This document shows positions 18,381 through 28,321 of a stretch of 64,000 nt of DNA, one piece after another. The stretch's first letter is position 1. Each line of letters begins with the position of its first letter. The position numbers and the translations under genes are program-made. Source of the stretch: an uncultured Anaerolineales bacterium. GTDB lineage: Bacteria > Chloroflexota > Anaerolineae > CG2-30-64-16. The notes under the pieces are model-generated. The model ran no database searches and was not told where the DNA came from. It was given only the letters and a program-made list of their open reading frames with translations. The stretch lies in NCBI GenBank assembly GCA_964614645.1, contig CAZTMA010000006.1, positions 6,414 through 70,413 on the forward strand, written 5' to 3'.

Positions 18381-21300
18381 AACTAAACGGGCTGCTCGAC
18401 CTGGTCCACGATCTGCCTGCACTGCGCGACTTGGCGGTGGAGCTGGCCGCGGGACGCGCGCCGGGCGAATCGCTGGAAGTGTATCATGCGGCGCGACCTT
18501 ACCTGGTCGCGGCACTGGCGCGCGCCCTCAACCAGCCGCTGCTCATTATCACCCCGCGCTCGAACCGCGCACGGCAGTGGGTGGACGAGCTGCGCACCTG
18601 GCTGCCCGACGAAATCCCGGTCCACAACTTTGCCGACCCGGATGCGCTGCCGTATGAGCGCATCCCCTGGGCGCCGGAGACGCGGCAGCGCCGCCTGGAA
18701 GCCCTTGTCAGCCTGCTGACCGCCAGCGACAGCCTGGCGCGCGGCAGCCTTGCGACTCCCGCCCCGATCGTGGTGAGCTCCGCACGCGCGCTCGTGCAGA
18801 TGACGCTGCCGGTCCGCGAGATGCGGTTGGCGCTGCGCCAGATCAAGCAGGGCCAGGCATTCGACCTGAACAAAATGCTGGCAACGTGGGTGGGGCTGGG
18901 GTACGAGTCGGAGCCCGTCGTCGAAACGCCCGGCGTGTTCAGCCGCCGCGGCGGCATCGTGGACATCTGGCCGCCCAACCTGCGCAAGCCCATTCGCATC
19001 GAGTTGTTCGGCGACGAAATCGACAGCCTGCGCACCTTCGACCCTTCCACACAGCGCACTCTCGCCCGCGTCGAGCAGACGTGGATCGGTCCGGCCAGCG
19101 AGGCGCTGCCCCGGCTGGCTGAACGTGCGGAGGACCGGCTGAACGGGCTGGACTTCTCGGGCTGTCACCCGCCCGCGCGCACCGAGTTCGAGAAAGAGCT
19201 GGCGCAGCTCAGGGCGGGCAGCGGATTCCGCAACCTCGAATGGTACATCCCCTACCTCTACAGCCAGCCCGGCTCGCTGGTGGATTACCTGCCTGCACAG
19301 GCCGCGTGGCTGGTCATCGAGGACATCCCCGAGCTGATGGCGAGTTTCAGCGACGTGACCGGCCAGGCCGAGCAGTTGGCGCGCGACCTGCGCGCGGCGG
19401 GCGACGTGCCCGCGGTGCTGGCCGCCCCCTACTTCACGGCCGAGACGCTGCGCGAGCGCCTGGCCGCCCGGCCCTCCCTGAGCTTCGGCGCGGAGTTGCT
19501 TGACCTCGCACGGGGCAACGGCCATGACCCGGGAGCCGTGAGCAGCCAACCGGCTGCCCGACTCGCCAACCATTTCGCCGGCGGGCCGCGCTACGGCGGA
19601 CAGATGCGCGCCATCCTCAGCGAGATCGAACGCTATCTGCACGCGGGGGATCGCGTTGTCATGGTCAGCCGCCAGGCCCCGCGCCTGGCTGAGTTGATGC
19701 GCGAGACCGGCCATGCGGTCGTGCCCGCGGAGAACATCCCCGACCTGCCGCCGCCCGGCCTGACGTTGGTGCAGGGGGTGATGGAGGAAGGCTGGAAGCT
19801 CGAGGTGCGGGGCTGGGCGAAGGGCGAAGGCCGCCGGACGGCCGACGCTGCGGAAGACGACTCAGGACCCGAGACCGGCAATCCTCAATCTTGGCGAAGC
19901 GGAGCTTCGCACATCCTCAATCCTGAATCGTCTGCGCTCTGGTTCCTGACCGATGCGGAGTTGTTCGGCTGGGGCAAGCCGAAGCCCCGGCGGCCGCAGC
20001 GCACCCGTGCGCTCGCGCCGGAGGTGTTCTTCGCCGATGTACAGCCGGGCGATTTCGTCGTGCACATGGAGCACGGCATCGGCAAGTTCAAAGGCCTCAT
20101 CAAGATGGCCGTGGACGGCATCGATCGCGAGTACCTGCAGATCGAGTATGCGCAGGGCGACCAGCTCTACGTGCCCGTCCACCAGGCCGACCGGCTGGCC
20201 CGCTACGTCGGCGCCGGGGAGGTCGTGCCCCAACTGCACCGGCTGGGCACGACGGAATGGGAGCAGGTCAAGGCGCGGGCCAAGCGCGCGGTCGCAGAGA
20301 TTGCCGACGACCTGCTGGAGCTGTACGCGCAGCGAGCGGTCGTGGAAGGCCATGCGTTTAGCCCCGACGCGACCTGGCAGCACGAGCTCGAAGCCAGCTT
20401 CCCTTATGTCGAGACAGAGGACCAGCTCGTCGCCATCGAGGCCGTCAAACACGACATGGAACAGGGGCGGCCCATGGACCGGCTCATCTGCGGCGACGTG
20501 GGTTACGGCAAGACCGAGGTGGCGCTGCGCGCCGCGTTCAAAGCGGTCATGGACGGCAAGCAGGTGGCCGTGCTCGTGCCGACGACCGTCCTCGCGCAGC
20601 AGCATTACACCAACTTCGGCCGGCGCCTGGGCGCATTCCCGGTCAGCGTCGCCATGCTCTCCCGCTTCCAGACCCCATCCCAGCAGGACCGTGTCATCGA
20701 CGGGCTGGCCGCGGGCAGCGTCGATATGGTCATCGGCACGCACCGACTGCTTAGCCAGGACGTGGCCTTCAAGGACCTCGGCCTGCTGATTGTGGACGAG
20801 GAGCAGCGGTTCGGCGTCGCGCACAAGGAACGCATCAAACAGATGCGCACCGAAGTGGACGTGCTGACGCTTACCGCGACGCCCATCCCCCGCACGTTGC
20901 ACATGAGCCTGACGGGCGTGCGCGACCTGAGTACCATCGACACGCCACCGGAGGAACGCCTGCCCGTCAAGACCTTCGTGGGCGATTTCGATGATGCGCT
21001 CGTCCGCCAGGCCATCCTGCGCGAGATGGATCGCAACGGGCAGGTCTACTTCGTCCACAACCGGGTGCAGGGCATCGAGCAGATGGCCGCGCGCGTGGGC
21101 AACATCGTGCCCGAGGCCCGCATCGCCATCGCGCACGGACAGATGCCGGAGAAGGAGCTATCCGCGGTGATGCTGACCTTCGCAGAGGGCGAGTACGACG
21201 TGCTCGTCTGCACCAGCATCATCGAGAGCGGGCTGGATATCCCCAACGCCAACACCATCATCATTAACCGGGCCGACATGTTCGGCCTGGCGCAGCTCTA

Positions 21301-22126
21301 CCAGCTGCGCGGCCGCGTGGGCCGGTCTGCAGTGCGCGCGTATGCGTACTTGTTGGTCGACAAATACAAGCTGCTGACCGAGGAGGCACGACGCCGGCTG
21401 GATGCCATCCAGGAGGCGAGCGACCTCGGCGCGGGGTTCCGCATCGCCATGCGCGACCTGGAGATTCGAGGCGCGGGCGAGCTGCTCGGCGCGCGGCAGC
21501 ACGGCCACATCGCTGCGGTCGGATTCGATCTCTACATGCGCCTGCTGGCCCAGGCCGTCCAGGAGGCCCGCGACCGGCTGGAGCGCGAAGGGAAGATTGC
21601 GAATGCGCCCGCGGGTGACCGGGCCACCGGCGCTCAGGCGCACAACCTGCTCGAGGACCCGCTCGCGCCGACGGTGACGCTCGACCTGAGCCTGCCCGCG
21701 CGCATTCCGGAAGACTACGTGCCGGAGTCGGTCCTGCGGCTTCAGTTGTACCGCCGATTGGCCGGGCTGACCACGCTTGAAGCCGTCGATGAGATTGCGC
21801 AGGAGTTCAGCGACCGCTTCGGCCCCGTGCCGGAAGATGTTCAAAACCTGCTGTATATCGTGCGGGTGAAGATCCTGGCGGTCAACGCAGGCGTGGAGGC
21901 CATCGGCATCGAAGAGAGCCAGGTGCTCCTCAAGAACGCATACCTGGAACTGATGGACCGCGGCGCGCTGCAGGAGCGGCTCAAAGCGCAGGGCATCCCT
22001 GGCCGCGTCGCGCGGCGCGCCATCTGGCTGGAAATGCGCGAAAGCGCCACCGAAGGTGGCGTGAGCGCCTGGCGCCGCGACCTGATGAAGACGCTCGAAA
22101 CTCTCCAGACTCCGCAGCCGGCTTGA
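18377..22126 (+). CDS. mfd: Transcription-repair coupling factor
   Basis: UvrB-like N-term, [12 protein letters not shown] domain, [39 protein letters not shown]-term. Confidence 0.97.
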   Translation: MKLNGLLDLVHDLPALRDLAVELAAGRAPGESLEVYHAARPYLVAALARALNQPLLIITPRSNRARQWVDELRTWLPDEIPVHNFADPDALPYERIPWAPETRQRRLEALVSLLTASDSLARGSLATPAPIVVSSARALVQMTLPVREMRLALRQIKQGQAFDLNKMLATWVGLGYESEPVVETPGVFSRRGGIVDIWPPNLRKPIRIELFGDEIDSLRTFDPSTQRTLARVEQTWIGPASEALPRLAERAEDRLNGLDFSGCHPPARTEFEKELAQLRAGSGFRNLEWYIPYLYSQPGSLVDYLPAQAAWLVIEDIPELMASFSDVTGQAEQLARDLRAAGDVPAVLAAPYFTAETLRERLAARPSLSFGAELLDLARGNGHDPGAVSSQPAARLANHFAGGPRYGGQMRAILSEIERYLHAGDRVVMVSRQAPRLAELMRETGHAVVPAENIPDLPPPGLTLVQGVMEEGWKLEVRGWAKGEGRRTADAAEDDSGPETGNPQSWRSGASHILNPESSALWFLTDAELFGWGKPKPRRPQRTRALAPEVFFADVQPGDFVVHMEHGIGKFKGLIKMAVDGIDREYLQIEYAQGDQLYVPVHQADRLARYVGAGEVVPQLHRLGTTEWEQVKARAKRAVAEIADDLLELYAQRAVVEGHAFSPDATWQHELEASFPYVETEDQLVAIEAVKHDMEQGRPMDRLICGDVGYGKTEVALRAAFKAVMDGKQVAVLVPTTVLAQQHYTNFGRRLGAFPVSVAMLSRFQTPSQQDRVIDGLAAGSVDMVIGTHRLLSQDVAFKDLGLLIVDEEQRFGVAHKERIKQMRTEVDVLTLTATPIPRTLHMSLTGVRDLSTIDTPPEERLPVKTFVGDFDDALVRQAILREMDRNGQVYFVHNRVQGIEQMAARVGNIVPEARIAIAHGQMPEKELSAVMLTFAEGEYDVLVCTSIIESGLDIPNANTIIINRADMFGLAQLYQLRGRVGRSAVRAYAYLLVDKYKLLTEEARRRLDAIQEASDLGAGFRIAMRDLEIRGAGELLGARQHGHIAAVGFDLYMRLLAQAVQEARDRLEREGKIANAPAGDRATGAQAHNLLEDPLAPTVTLDLSLPARIPEDYVPESVLRLQLYRRLAGLTTLEAVDEIAQEFSDRFGPVPEDVQNLLYIVRVKILAVNAGVEAIGIEESQVLLKNAYLELMDRGALQERLKAQGIPGRVARRAIWLEMRESATEGGVSAWRRDLMKTLETLQTPQPA

Positions 22127-22142
22127 GTGGTATGGGAAGCGG

Positions 22143-22252
22143 GAATAGAACGCTGATTGAAATGATTGAACTGATGAACGCTGATCATTTCCATAGTGAT
22201 GAGAGAAAAATCAGCGTCAATCAGTCCGATCAGTATAATCAGCGTCCTATTC
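22143..22252. repeat. AT-rich imperfect palindrome built of ~9-mer subunits
   Basis: gaatagaacgctgatt...aatcagcgtcctattc, one mismatch in the 16-bp arms, internal tgatt/aatca repeats. Confidence 0.7.
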
Positions 22253-22294
22253 TTCCGTTCCCTCTGTGGCAATCCTGTCACGCGCGCGGGCCAA

Positions 22295-22338
22295 GTGTGG
22301 GAATAATGGGGGATAAAGAGGGATAAGTGTGGGATAAA
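22295..22338 (+). repeat. Four GG(G/A)ATAA direct repeats with 10-11 bp period immediately before the activase start
   Basis: gtgggaataa tgggggataa agagggataa gtgtgggataa. Confidence 0.65.
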
Positions 22339-22339
22339 G

Positions 22340-23281
22340 ATGGGCACAAATGGCTCCGTCAGCGGGATCACCTTCGACATACAACGCTTCTCCATTCACG
22401 ATGGGCCCGGCATCCGCACGACCGTCTTTCTCAAGGGCTGCTCGCTGCGCTGCTTCTGGTGCCATAACCCTGAGGGCATCCGCACCAAGCCTGAAGTCCG
22501 GTTCGACCCTGCGCGCTGCATCGGCTGCGGTGCGTGCATCGCCGCGTGTACGCACGGCGGGCAGACGCTCGATGCGGAGGGCCGCCACATCTACGACCGG
22601 ACGGTCTGCGTCGTCTGCGGGGAGTGCGTCGAGGAGTGCTTCGCGGAGGGGCTGGTGCTGACCGGTAAGACACAAACCGCGGAGGAGGTGGCCGCGGAGG
22701 TGCTGCGGGACCGCGCATTCTACGAGACGTCTGGCGGCGGAGTGACCCTCTCCGGCGGCGACCCCGCGCTCCAGCCCGATTTTTCTGCCGCTATCCTCGC
22801 CCTCTGCAAGACGGAGGGGCTGCACACGGCTATCGAGACCGCAGGCAACTATCCCTGGACCAGCCTGGCGGACCTGCTGCCCTACACCGACCTGGTAATG
22901 ATGGACCTCAAGCACATGGACCCGGAGAAGCACCGCGCTGCCACGGGCGTGACGAACGAGCGCGTGCTCGCCACTGCAGAGCGGCTGGCCACCACAACGG
23001 ACAAACCCCTGCTCTTCCGCGTGCCGGTCGTGCCGGGAGTCAACGACGCGGATGAGGAAATCTCGGCCATCGCTGCATACGTCCGGCGGCTTACCGAGGC
23101 GCGCCGGGCAGCCGGCGGCCGCGCATCCATCACGCTGGAGCTGCTGGCGTTTCATCGTCTCGCGAGCCAAAAATACCAGAGCCTCGGGCTGGATTATCGC
23201 GCGGCGGACCTGGAACCCCTGTCAGAGCAGCGGATGGGGGAGTTGAGAGCGATTGTGGCAGGTTATCAGGTTGCAGGTTGA
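22340..23281 (+). CDS. Glycyl-radical enzyme activating protein (radical SAM with ferredoxin insert)
   Basis: HDGPGIRTTVFLKGCSLRCFWCHNPE, CIGCGAC...CVVCGEC, GGGVTLSGG. Confidence 0.95.
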   Translation: MGTNGSVSGITFDIQRFSIHDGPGIRTTVFLKGCSLRCFWCHNPEGIRTKPEVRFDPARCIGCGACIAACTHGGQTLDAEGRHIYDRTVCVVCGECVEECFAEGLVLTGKTQTAEEVAAEVLRDRAFYETSGGGVTLSGGDPALQPDFSAAILALCKTEGLHTAIETAGNYPWTSLADLLPYTDLVMMDLKHMDPEKHRAATGVTNERVLATAERLATTTDKPLLFRVPVVPGVNDADEEISAIAAYVRRLTEARRAAGGRASITLELLAFHRLASQKYQSLGLDYRAADLEPLSEQRMGELRAIVAGYQVAG

Positions 23282-23299
23282 AGGTTGGAAGGAGGCATT

Positions 23300-25552
23300 A
23301 TGACGAGTCTTATGACCGCACTGCCTGTGGAAAGCACGGCCCGCACCTATGCCGAGCGGCTCGCGGCGCTGCGTGCGGAGAAGATGGCGCAGACGCAGGA
23401 GAAGTGGGCCGTCATCGGCTCGATGGATTATGACGACTGGGCACTGATCCTGCCGCCGCCGGACGCGCGCGAGGTCATCCAGACGATCAGCGCGTCGGGC
23501 GTGCCCATCGTGGATGTCAAAATGAAGGGCTACGCGGCGGAGAGCAACCATCCGAGCGGCGGGTTTTTCGGGCCGGTCGCGTTCGGACGCAACTTCCGCC
23601 GGCTGCTCGAAGCCCATCCCGTCTACCTCGACCCCAACAGCTCGCTGGCCGGCGGTTACATGGTCAACTTCGGCTCGTACCGCAAGGTTAGCTGGAACCC
23701 GGACTTCGACTACTCGCACCTCCACGCCGATCAGCAGCGTTACAAGCTCCACACCGGCATCGGCGGCGCGCAGCACTTCTGCCACGACCTGCAGATCGGG
23801 CTGGACCTGGGCTGGCGCGGCCTGCTGGACAAGATCGCCTACTACCGCACGGCCAACAGCGATGCGAAGTCGCAGGCATTCTACGACGGGCTGACCGACG
23901 TCATACTGGGCATGCAAAACTGGATCAGCCGGACTGTGGAGGCAGCGGAAGCACGAGCGCAGACAGAGACGGACCCGGCTGCGGCCGCGAACCTGCGCGA
24001 AATAGGCGCCATCAACCGCCACCTCGTCACCGATCCACCGCAGACGTTCCGCGAGGCCTGCCAATGGATGCTGTGGTACCAATCGGCCGCACGCATGTAC
24101 AACGGGAGCGGCGCGCTGGGCCGGCTGGACGTGCTGCTGCTGCCCTACTACGAGCGGGAGACCGCCGCGGGCACGCTGACCGACGAGGAGGCCATCTTCC
24201 ACGTCGCCTGTCTGCTCGTGCGCGCAACTGACTACATCCAGTTGGGCGGGCCAGACGAGACGGGCCGCGACGTCACCAACCCCGTGTCCTATCTTATCCT
24301 CGAAGCGGGCCACCGGCTGAAGATTCCGGCGAACATCGGCGTGTGCGTCGGCGAGACGACCGACGAGGGACTGCTGCACCGCGGCCTGGAGGTAATGTTC
24401 GAGGACAAGACCGGCCTCCCGAAGTTCTTGGGCGTCGATAACACGGTCGAGGGCTTTGCGCGCAACGGGTATCCGCTCGAGCTCTCGCGGCAGCGCGCCT
24501 ATGCCGGCTGTCACTGGCTGGCGCTGCCCGGCCGGGAATACACCTTCAACGACATGGTCAAGATCAACTTCGCGGTGGTCTTTGACGTCGCGCTGCGCGA
24601 CATGCTGGCCGATGCGACCGTCGAGCCGAGCGTCGCGGAGCTGTGGCGGCGGTTCGAACACCACCTCCGCCGCGCGATCGACACCCTGGCGCAGGGCTTC
24701 GACTTCCACATCCGCCACATGCACGACGTCGCGCCCGAGCTGGTGCTGGACCTGCTCTGCTACGGGCCCATCGAGCGGGCGCGCGATGCGTCGAGCGGCG
24801 GCGTAGACTACTACAACTGCTGCATCGACGGCGCGGCGCTGGCGAACGCGGCCGATGCGTTTGCCGCCTGCGAGCAGCGCATCGAGCGCGAGGGCCGGCT
24901 GACGTGGGCGGAGCTGCTGGCGCATCTGGATGCGGACTGGGCGGGACCGGAGGGCGAGCGCGCCCGGCTGATGATGCACAGTGTCCCGCGCTTCGGCAGC
25001 GGCGGCTCGCTGGCCGACAGCCATGCGCAGCGCCTGGCGGAGTTGTTCACCCGGCTGGCCAAGGAGCGGACGACGCCGGACGGCCACCAGATGGTGCCGG
25101 GGCTCTTCTCCTGGGCCATGACTATCATGATGGGCAAGGACGCCGGTGCGACACCGGATGGCCGCCACGCAGGCGCACCCATCGCGCAGGGACCGAATCC
25201 CATGCCCGGCTTCCGCAAGGACGGCGCGCCGACCGCTCTCGCGACCGCAGTGGCGGCGGTGCAGCCCGGCTACGGGAACACCGCGCCGATGCAGCTCGAC
25301 CTCGACCCGGGCCTGACGAAGGACGAGGGCGGGCTGGAGAAAGTCGCCAGCCTCATCAAGGGCCACTTTGCGCTCGGCGGCACACAGATCAACCTCAACG
25401 TGCTGGACCGGGAGCAGGTGCTGGAGGCTAACCGTGACCCCAGCAAGTACCCGGACCTGGTGGTACGCGTGACCGGATTCAGCGCCTACTTCGCCAGCCT
25501 CTCGCCTGCGTTCCGGCAGATGGTCGTCGACCGGCTGATTGCGGAAGGATAG
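23300..25552 (+). CDS. Glycyl-radical enzyme (PFL-like superfamily), unknown substrate
   Basis: PPQTFREACQ, LGRLD, Cys-loop YAGCHW, GATPDGRHAG, Gly-loop LVVRVTGFSAYF; RBS GGAGG. Confidence 0.92.
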   Translation: MTSLMTALPVESTARTYAERLAALRAEKMAQTQEKWAVIGSMDYDDWALILPPPDAREVIQTISASGVPIVDVKMKGYAAESNHPSGGFFGPVAFGRNFRRLLEAHPVYLDPNSSLAGGYMVNFGSYRKVSWNPDFDYSHLHADQQRYKLHTGIGGAQHFCHDLQIGLDLGWRGLLDKIAYYRTANSDAKSQAFYDGLTDVILGMQNWISRTVEAAEARAQTETDPAAAANLREIGAINRHLVTDPPQTFREACQWMLWYQSAARMYNGSGALGRLDVLLLPYYERETAAGTLTDEEAIFHVACLLVRATDYIQLGGPDETGRDVTNPVSYLILEAGHRLKIPANIGVCVGETTDEGLLHRGLEVMFEDKTGLPKFLGVDNTVEGFARNGYPLELSRQRAYAGCHWLALPGREYTFNDMVKINFAVVFDVALRDMLADATVEPSVAELWRRFEHHLRRAIDTLAQGFDFHIRHMHDVAPELVLDLLCYGPIERARDASSGGVDYYNCCIDGAALANAADAFAACEQRIEREGRLTWAELLAHLDADWAGPEGERARLMMHSVPRFGSGGSLADSHAQRLAELFTRLAKERTTPDGHQMVPGLFSWAMTIMMGKDAGATPDGRHAGAPIAQGPNPMPGFRKDGAPTALATAVAAVQPGYGNTAPMQLDLDPGLTKDEGGLEKVASLIKGHFALGGTQINLNVLDREQVLEANRDPSKYPDLVVRVTGFSAYFASLSPAFRQMVVDRLIAEG

Positions 25553-25558
25553 GGAGCC

Positions 25559-26137
25559 ATGATGGCCTATATCGACAGCGTGCCAGAGGACGAAGCCACG
25601 GGCAAGCTGCGGGAACTGTACGAAGATGACCGGCAGGGATTGGGCTATGTGCCGAACTATACCCGGGCGATGAGCCTGCACCCCGAAGTCAACGCCGCGT
25701 GGCGCGAGCTGAGCAAGGCGATCCGGGCCCACATGCGGCTGCGGCGCTATGAGCTGGTGACGTTCGCATCCGCGCTGGCCCTGAAGTGCACCTACTGACT
25801 GCTGGCCCACGGAGCGGTGCTCCGCAGGAACGGTTTCAGCCTCGAACAGCTCCGGGCGCTCATGACCGACTACCGGAACGCCGGCCTGGAACCGGCGGAA
25901 GTAGCGATCATGGCGTATGCCGAGAAGGTGACACTGGCCGCGCACGAGGTCACGGAGGAGGACGTCGCAGGGCTGCGCAGCTACGGCCTCAGTGATGCCG
26001 AGATCCTCGATATTGCCCTGGCCGCCGCCGCACGCAGCTTCTTCAGTAAGGCACTGGACGCAGTGGGCGCCCAGCCCGACGCAACGTATGCCGAACTGGC
26101 CGGCGAACTGGCAGACTTGCTGCCGCCGCGGGCCTAA
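25559..26137 (+). CDS. AhpD/carboxymuconolactone-decarboxylase-like peroxidase-related protein, probable selenoprotein (Sec at UGA 25796-25798)
   Basis: ORFs 25559-25798 and 25817-26137 are in the same frame; read-through gives ELVTFASALALKCTY-U-LLAHG, matching the AhpD CxxC...H motif; hairpin follows the UGA. Confidence 0.8.
25799..25828 (+). promoter_or_regulatory. Candidate bacterial SECIS element
   Basis: cggagc-GGT-gctccg hairpin (25810-25824); apical loop begins 17 nt after the UGA and starts with G. Confidence 0.6.
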
Positions 26138-26156
26138 CCGTTTCTCGAAGGTGATC

Positions 26157-27020
26157 ATGGCTTTATCGTTTGTCTCGCGTCTCGCTCCGCCGGAAGGCAC
26201 GGGCGAACCCGCACGCTGGTTCGTGTTCCAGGGCGACCGGCTGCTCGTCCAGCCGGTGGGCGAAGCGGTCGCGGTGCCCCTGTGCAGCGGGTCCGCCGAG
26301 CTGCATCTGAGCCCCCAGCGCGAGCTGTACCTCGGCTGCCTGCAGGACGGAAACGGCCAGGAAACCGGCTGCTACGCGGCGGAGATCGACCCGGACGCGC
26401 CCCTGCCCGACGGCTTCCTGGCCGACGGGCTGCGCGGGCTGTATGGCCGGCTGGACGATGACGCGTTCGCAGTGGCCGGCCGGGCGGTGCAGCTGCTGGC
26501 CTGGGATCGCACGCATCGCTACTGCGGGCAGTGCGGCGCGCTCACCGAGAACCAGCCGCACGAGCGCGCCAAACGCTGCCCCGCCTGCGGGCTGATCAGC
26601 TACCCGCGACTGTCGCCGGCCATCATCATCGCGGTGACGCAGGACACGCCGGAGGGCAAACGGCTTTTGCTGGCGCGCAACCACCGTTTCCCCGCAGGAC
26701 GGTACAGCGTGGTTGCGGGTTATGTCGAGCCGGGCGAGACGCTGGAGGAATGCGCGCAGCGCGAGGTGTGTGAAGAAGTCGGCATCGACATCCGGGCGAT
26801 CCGCTACTTCGGCAGCCAGCCGTGGCCCTTCCCCAACTCGCTGATGATCGGATTTACTGCGGAGTATGCGGGCGGTGAGATCACGCTAGAGGACTCGGAG
26901 ATTGCCGAGGCGGGCTGGTTTGCGCCGGATGCGCTGCCGAACCTGCCGCCAAAGATGAGCATCGCGCGGCGGCTCATCGATGCCTTCGTGGCCGAGAACC
27001 TCAAAACAAGTGCAAATTAG
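26157..27020 (+). CDS. nudC: NADH pyrophosphatase (NAD-cap decapping Nudix)
   Basis: CGQCG...CPACG zinc ribbon, YPRLSPAII, Nudix box GETLEECAQREVCEEVG, SQPWPFPNS. Confidence 0.95.
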   Translation: MALSFVSRLAPPEGTGEPARWFVFQGDRLLVQPVGEAVAVPLCSGSAELHLSPQRELYLGCLQDGNGQETGCYAAEIDPDAPLPDGFLADGLRGLYGRLDDDAFAVAGRAVQLLAWDRTHRYCGQCGALTENQPHERAKRCPACGLISYPRLSPAIIIAVTQDTPEGKRLLLARNHRFPAGRYSVVAGYVEPGETLEECAQREVCEEVGIDIRAIRYFGSQPWPFPNSLMIGFTAEYAGGEITLEDSEIAEAGWFAPDALPNLPPKMSIARRLIDAFVAENLKTSAN

Positions 27021-27124
27021 CCGGGCCGGACAGGCATGGTATAATCTGGCCATCGTTGGCCCGGCGGACCTCGCCGGACGCCATCATCTATGAACCCTAA
27101 AGCAGCACGAAAGGAGTGCCTAGC

Positions 27125-27616
27125 ATGTCGAAGAATGGACTGGACGAGGATATGGAGCTGGAAGGGACCGGGTTTGACGAGGTGGACGAGGAGCTCTACA
27201 CCGAGCTGGATGACGACCGCCGTGCGGAACTCGAAGAAATGGTTGGCCTGAAGGTCCTGGGGCTGGAGCTGTGGGAAGAATCCCTCGGCGACGAAGAGGA
27301 TGTCGAACCGGTCAAGCCCGAGGAGCGCGTCTTCTTCGATTGCGACCTGTATCTCGACGACAATCAGGCACTCGAACTCTACGTGGCCTCTGCCTACCCA
27401 AGCGCGAAGGAAGAACCGGTGGCGGGCATGGATGCCATCTTCGAGGCCGTCGGACGGTTGGCCGATGACGGCATGGAGCTGATCGACTACGGCGAGGCGG
27501 ACGACGAGGGCGGACTCGCGCTGGCGTTCGGGAAGAACGAGCAAGTCGAAATCGTCCTCATCTGCGGCGCCTGGATGGTCAGCGATTGGGAGCCGGAAGA
27601 AGAGGCTGAGGCCTGA
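27125..27616 (+). CDS. Highly acidic hypothetical protein
   Basis: RBS AAGGAG; about one third Asp/Glu; extended -10 TGGTATAAT near 27037. Confidence 0.8.
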   Translation: MSKNGLDEDMELEGTGFDEVDEELYTELDDDRRAELEEMVGLKVLGLELWEESLGDEEDVEPVKPEERVFFDCDLYLDDNQALELYVASAYPSAKEEPVAGMDAIFEAVGRLADDGMELIDYGEADDEGGLALAFGKNEQVEIVLICGAWMVSDWEPEEEAEA

Positions 27617-27619
27617 GAC

Positions 27620-28315
27620 TTGACGGGCACGGCTGCGAGGACGCCGCTGCGGCTGGCAGTCCTCGATGTGGACGGCACGCTCAAACAGGCGGAGTCACCC
27701 TACACCTATCTGCACGAGCGCCTGGGGCTCACGCACCTGGCCGCCGAGCATCGCGACCTGGCCCTGGCCGGTCGCATCAGCTACGGCGAATGGCTGCGGC
27801 GTGATGTCGCGCTGTGGCAGGGGCAGCCGGTGAGCCACTTAGCCGAGCTCCTGGCCGCCAATCCCTACGTCCCCGGCGCAATCGAGTTCGTGGCTGCGCT
27901 CAAGCAAGCCGGCATCCTCGTCGCTCTGGTCAGCGCGGGCTTCACGCTGAACACCGCGCCCGTCGCAGCGGAGCTGCACGCGGATTACGTGCTGGCGAAC
28001 GAGTTGGGCGTGATGGACGGCCTGCTGGACGGCACCGCCATCAACCATGTGCCTGAGGGGGGCAAGGCTGCGTTCGTGCGGGGATTGATGGCGCGGCACG
28101 GTATCGCACCTGAGGAGACGCTCGCTGCGGGCGATACGCGCGGGGACCTCGAGCTGTTCGAGTGTGCAGGCGTGCGGCTGGCCGTTAACCCCAAGTCGGC
28201 CGAGCTGCGCGCGCTGGCGACTGCGGTGTTCGAGCCGGACCTCGCCCGCGCGGCCGAGTGGCTGGTGCAACAGGGCTACCTGGCCGCCGGTGGCCGTTGG
28301 ACGGATGGTGGTTAA
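27620..28315 (+). CDS. HAD-IB phosphatase (SerB-like)
   Basis: VLDVDGTL, LVSAGF, GKA, AAGDTRGD. Confidence 0.85.
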   Translation: MTGTAARTPLRLAVLDVDGTLKQAESPYTYLHERLGLTHLAAEHRDLALAGRISYGEWLRRDVALWQGQPVSHLAELLAANPYVPGAIEFVAALKQAGILVALVSAGFTLNTAPVAAELHADYVLANELGVMDGLLDGTAINHVPEGGKAAFVRGLMARHGIAPEETLAAGDTRGDLELFECAGVRLAVNPKSAELRALATAVFEPDLARAAEWLVQQGYLAAGGRWTDGG

Positions 28316-28321
28316 GCGAAC

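Noticed and set aside
25559-26137. AhpD-like gene as a nonsense pseudogene or two small genes
   Set aside because: The stop is TGA exactly at a catalytic Cys position with a downstream hairpin and no other lesion, so Sec recoding is more parsimonious, though unproven.
23222-26200. 992-aa ORF antisense to the GRE
   Set aside because: No motifs; a shadow frame produced by GC-rich codon bias of the plus-strand genes.
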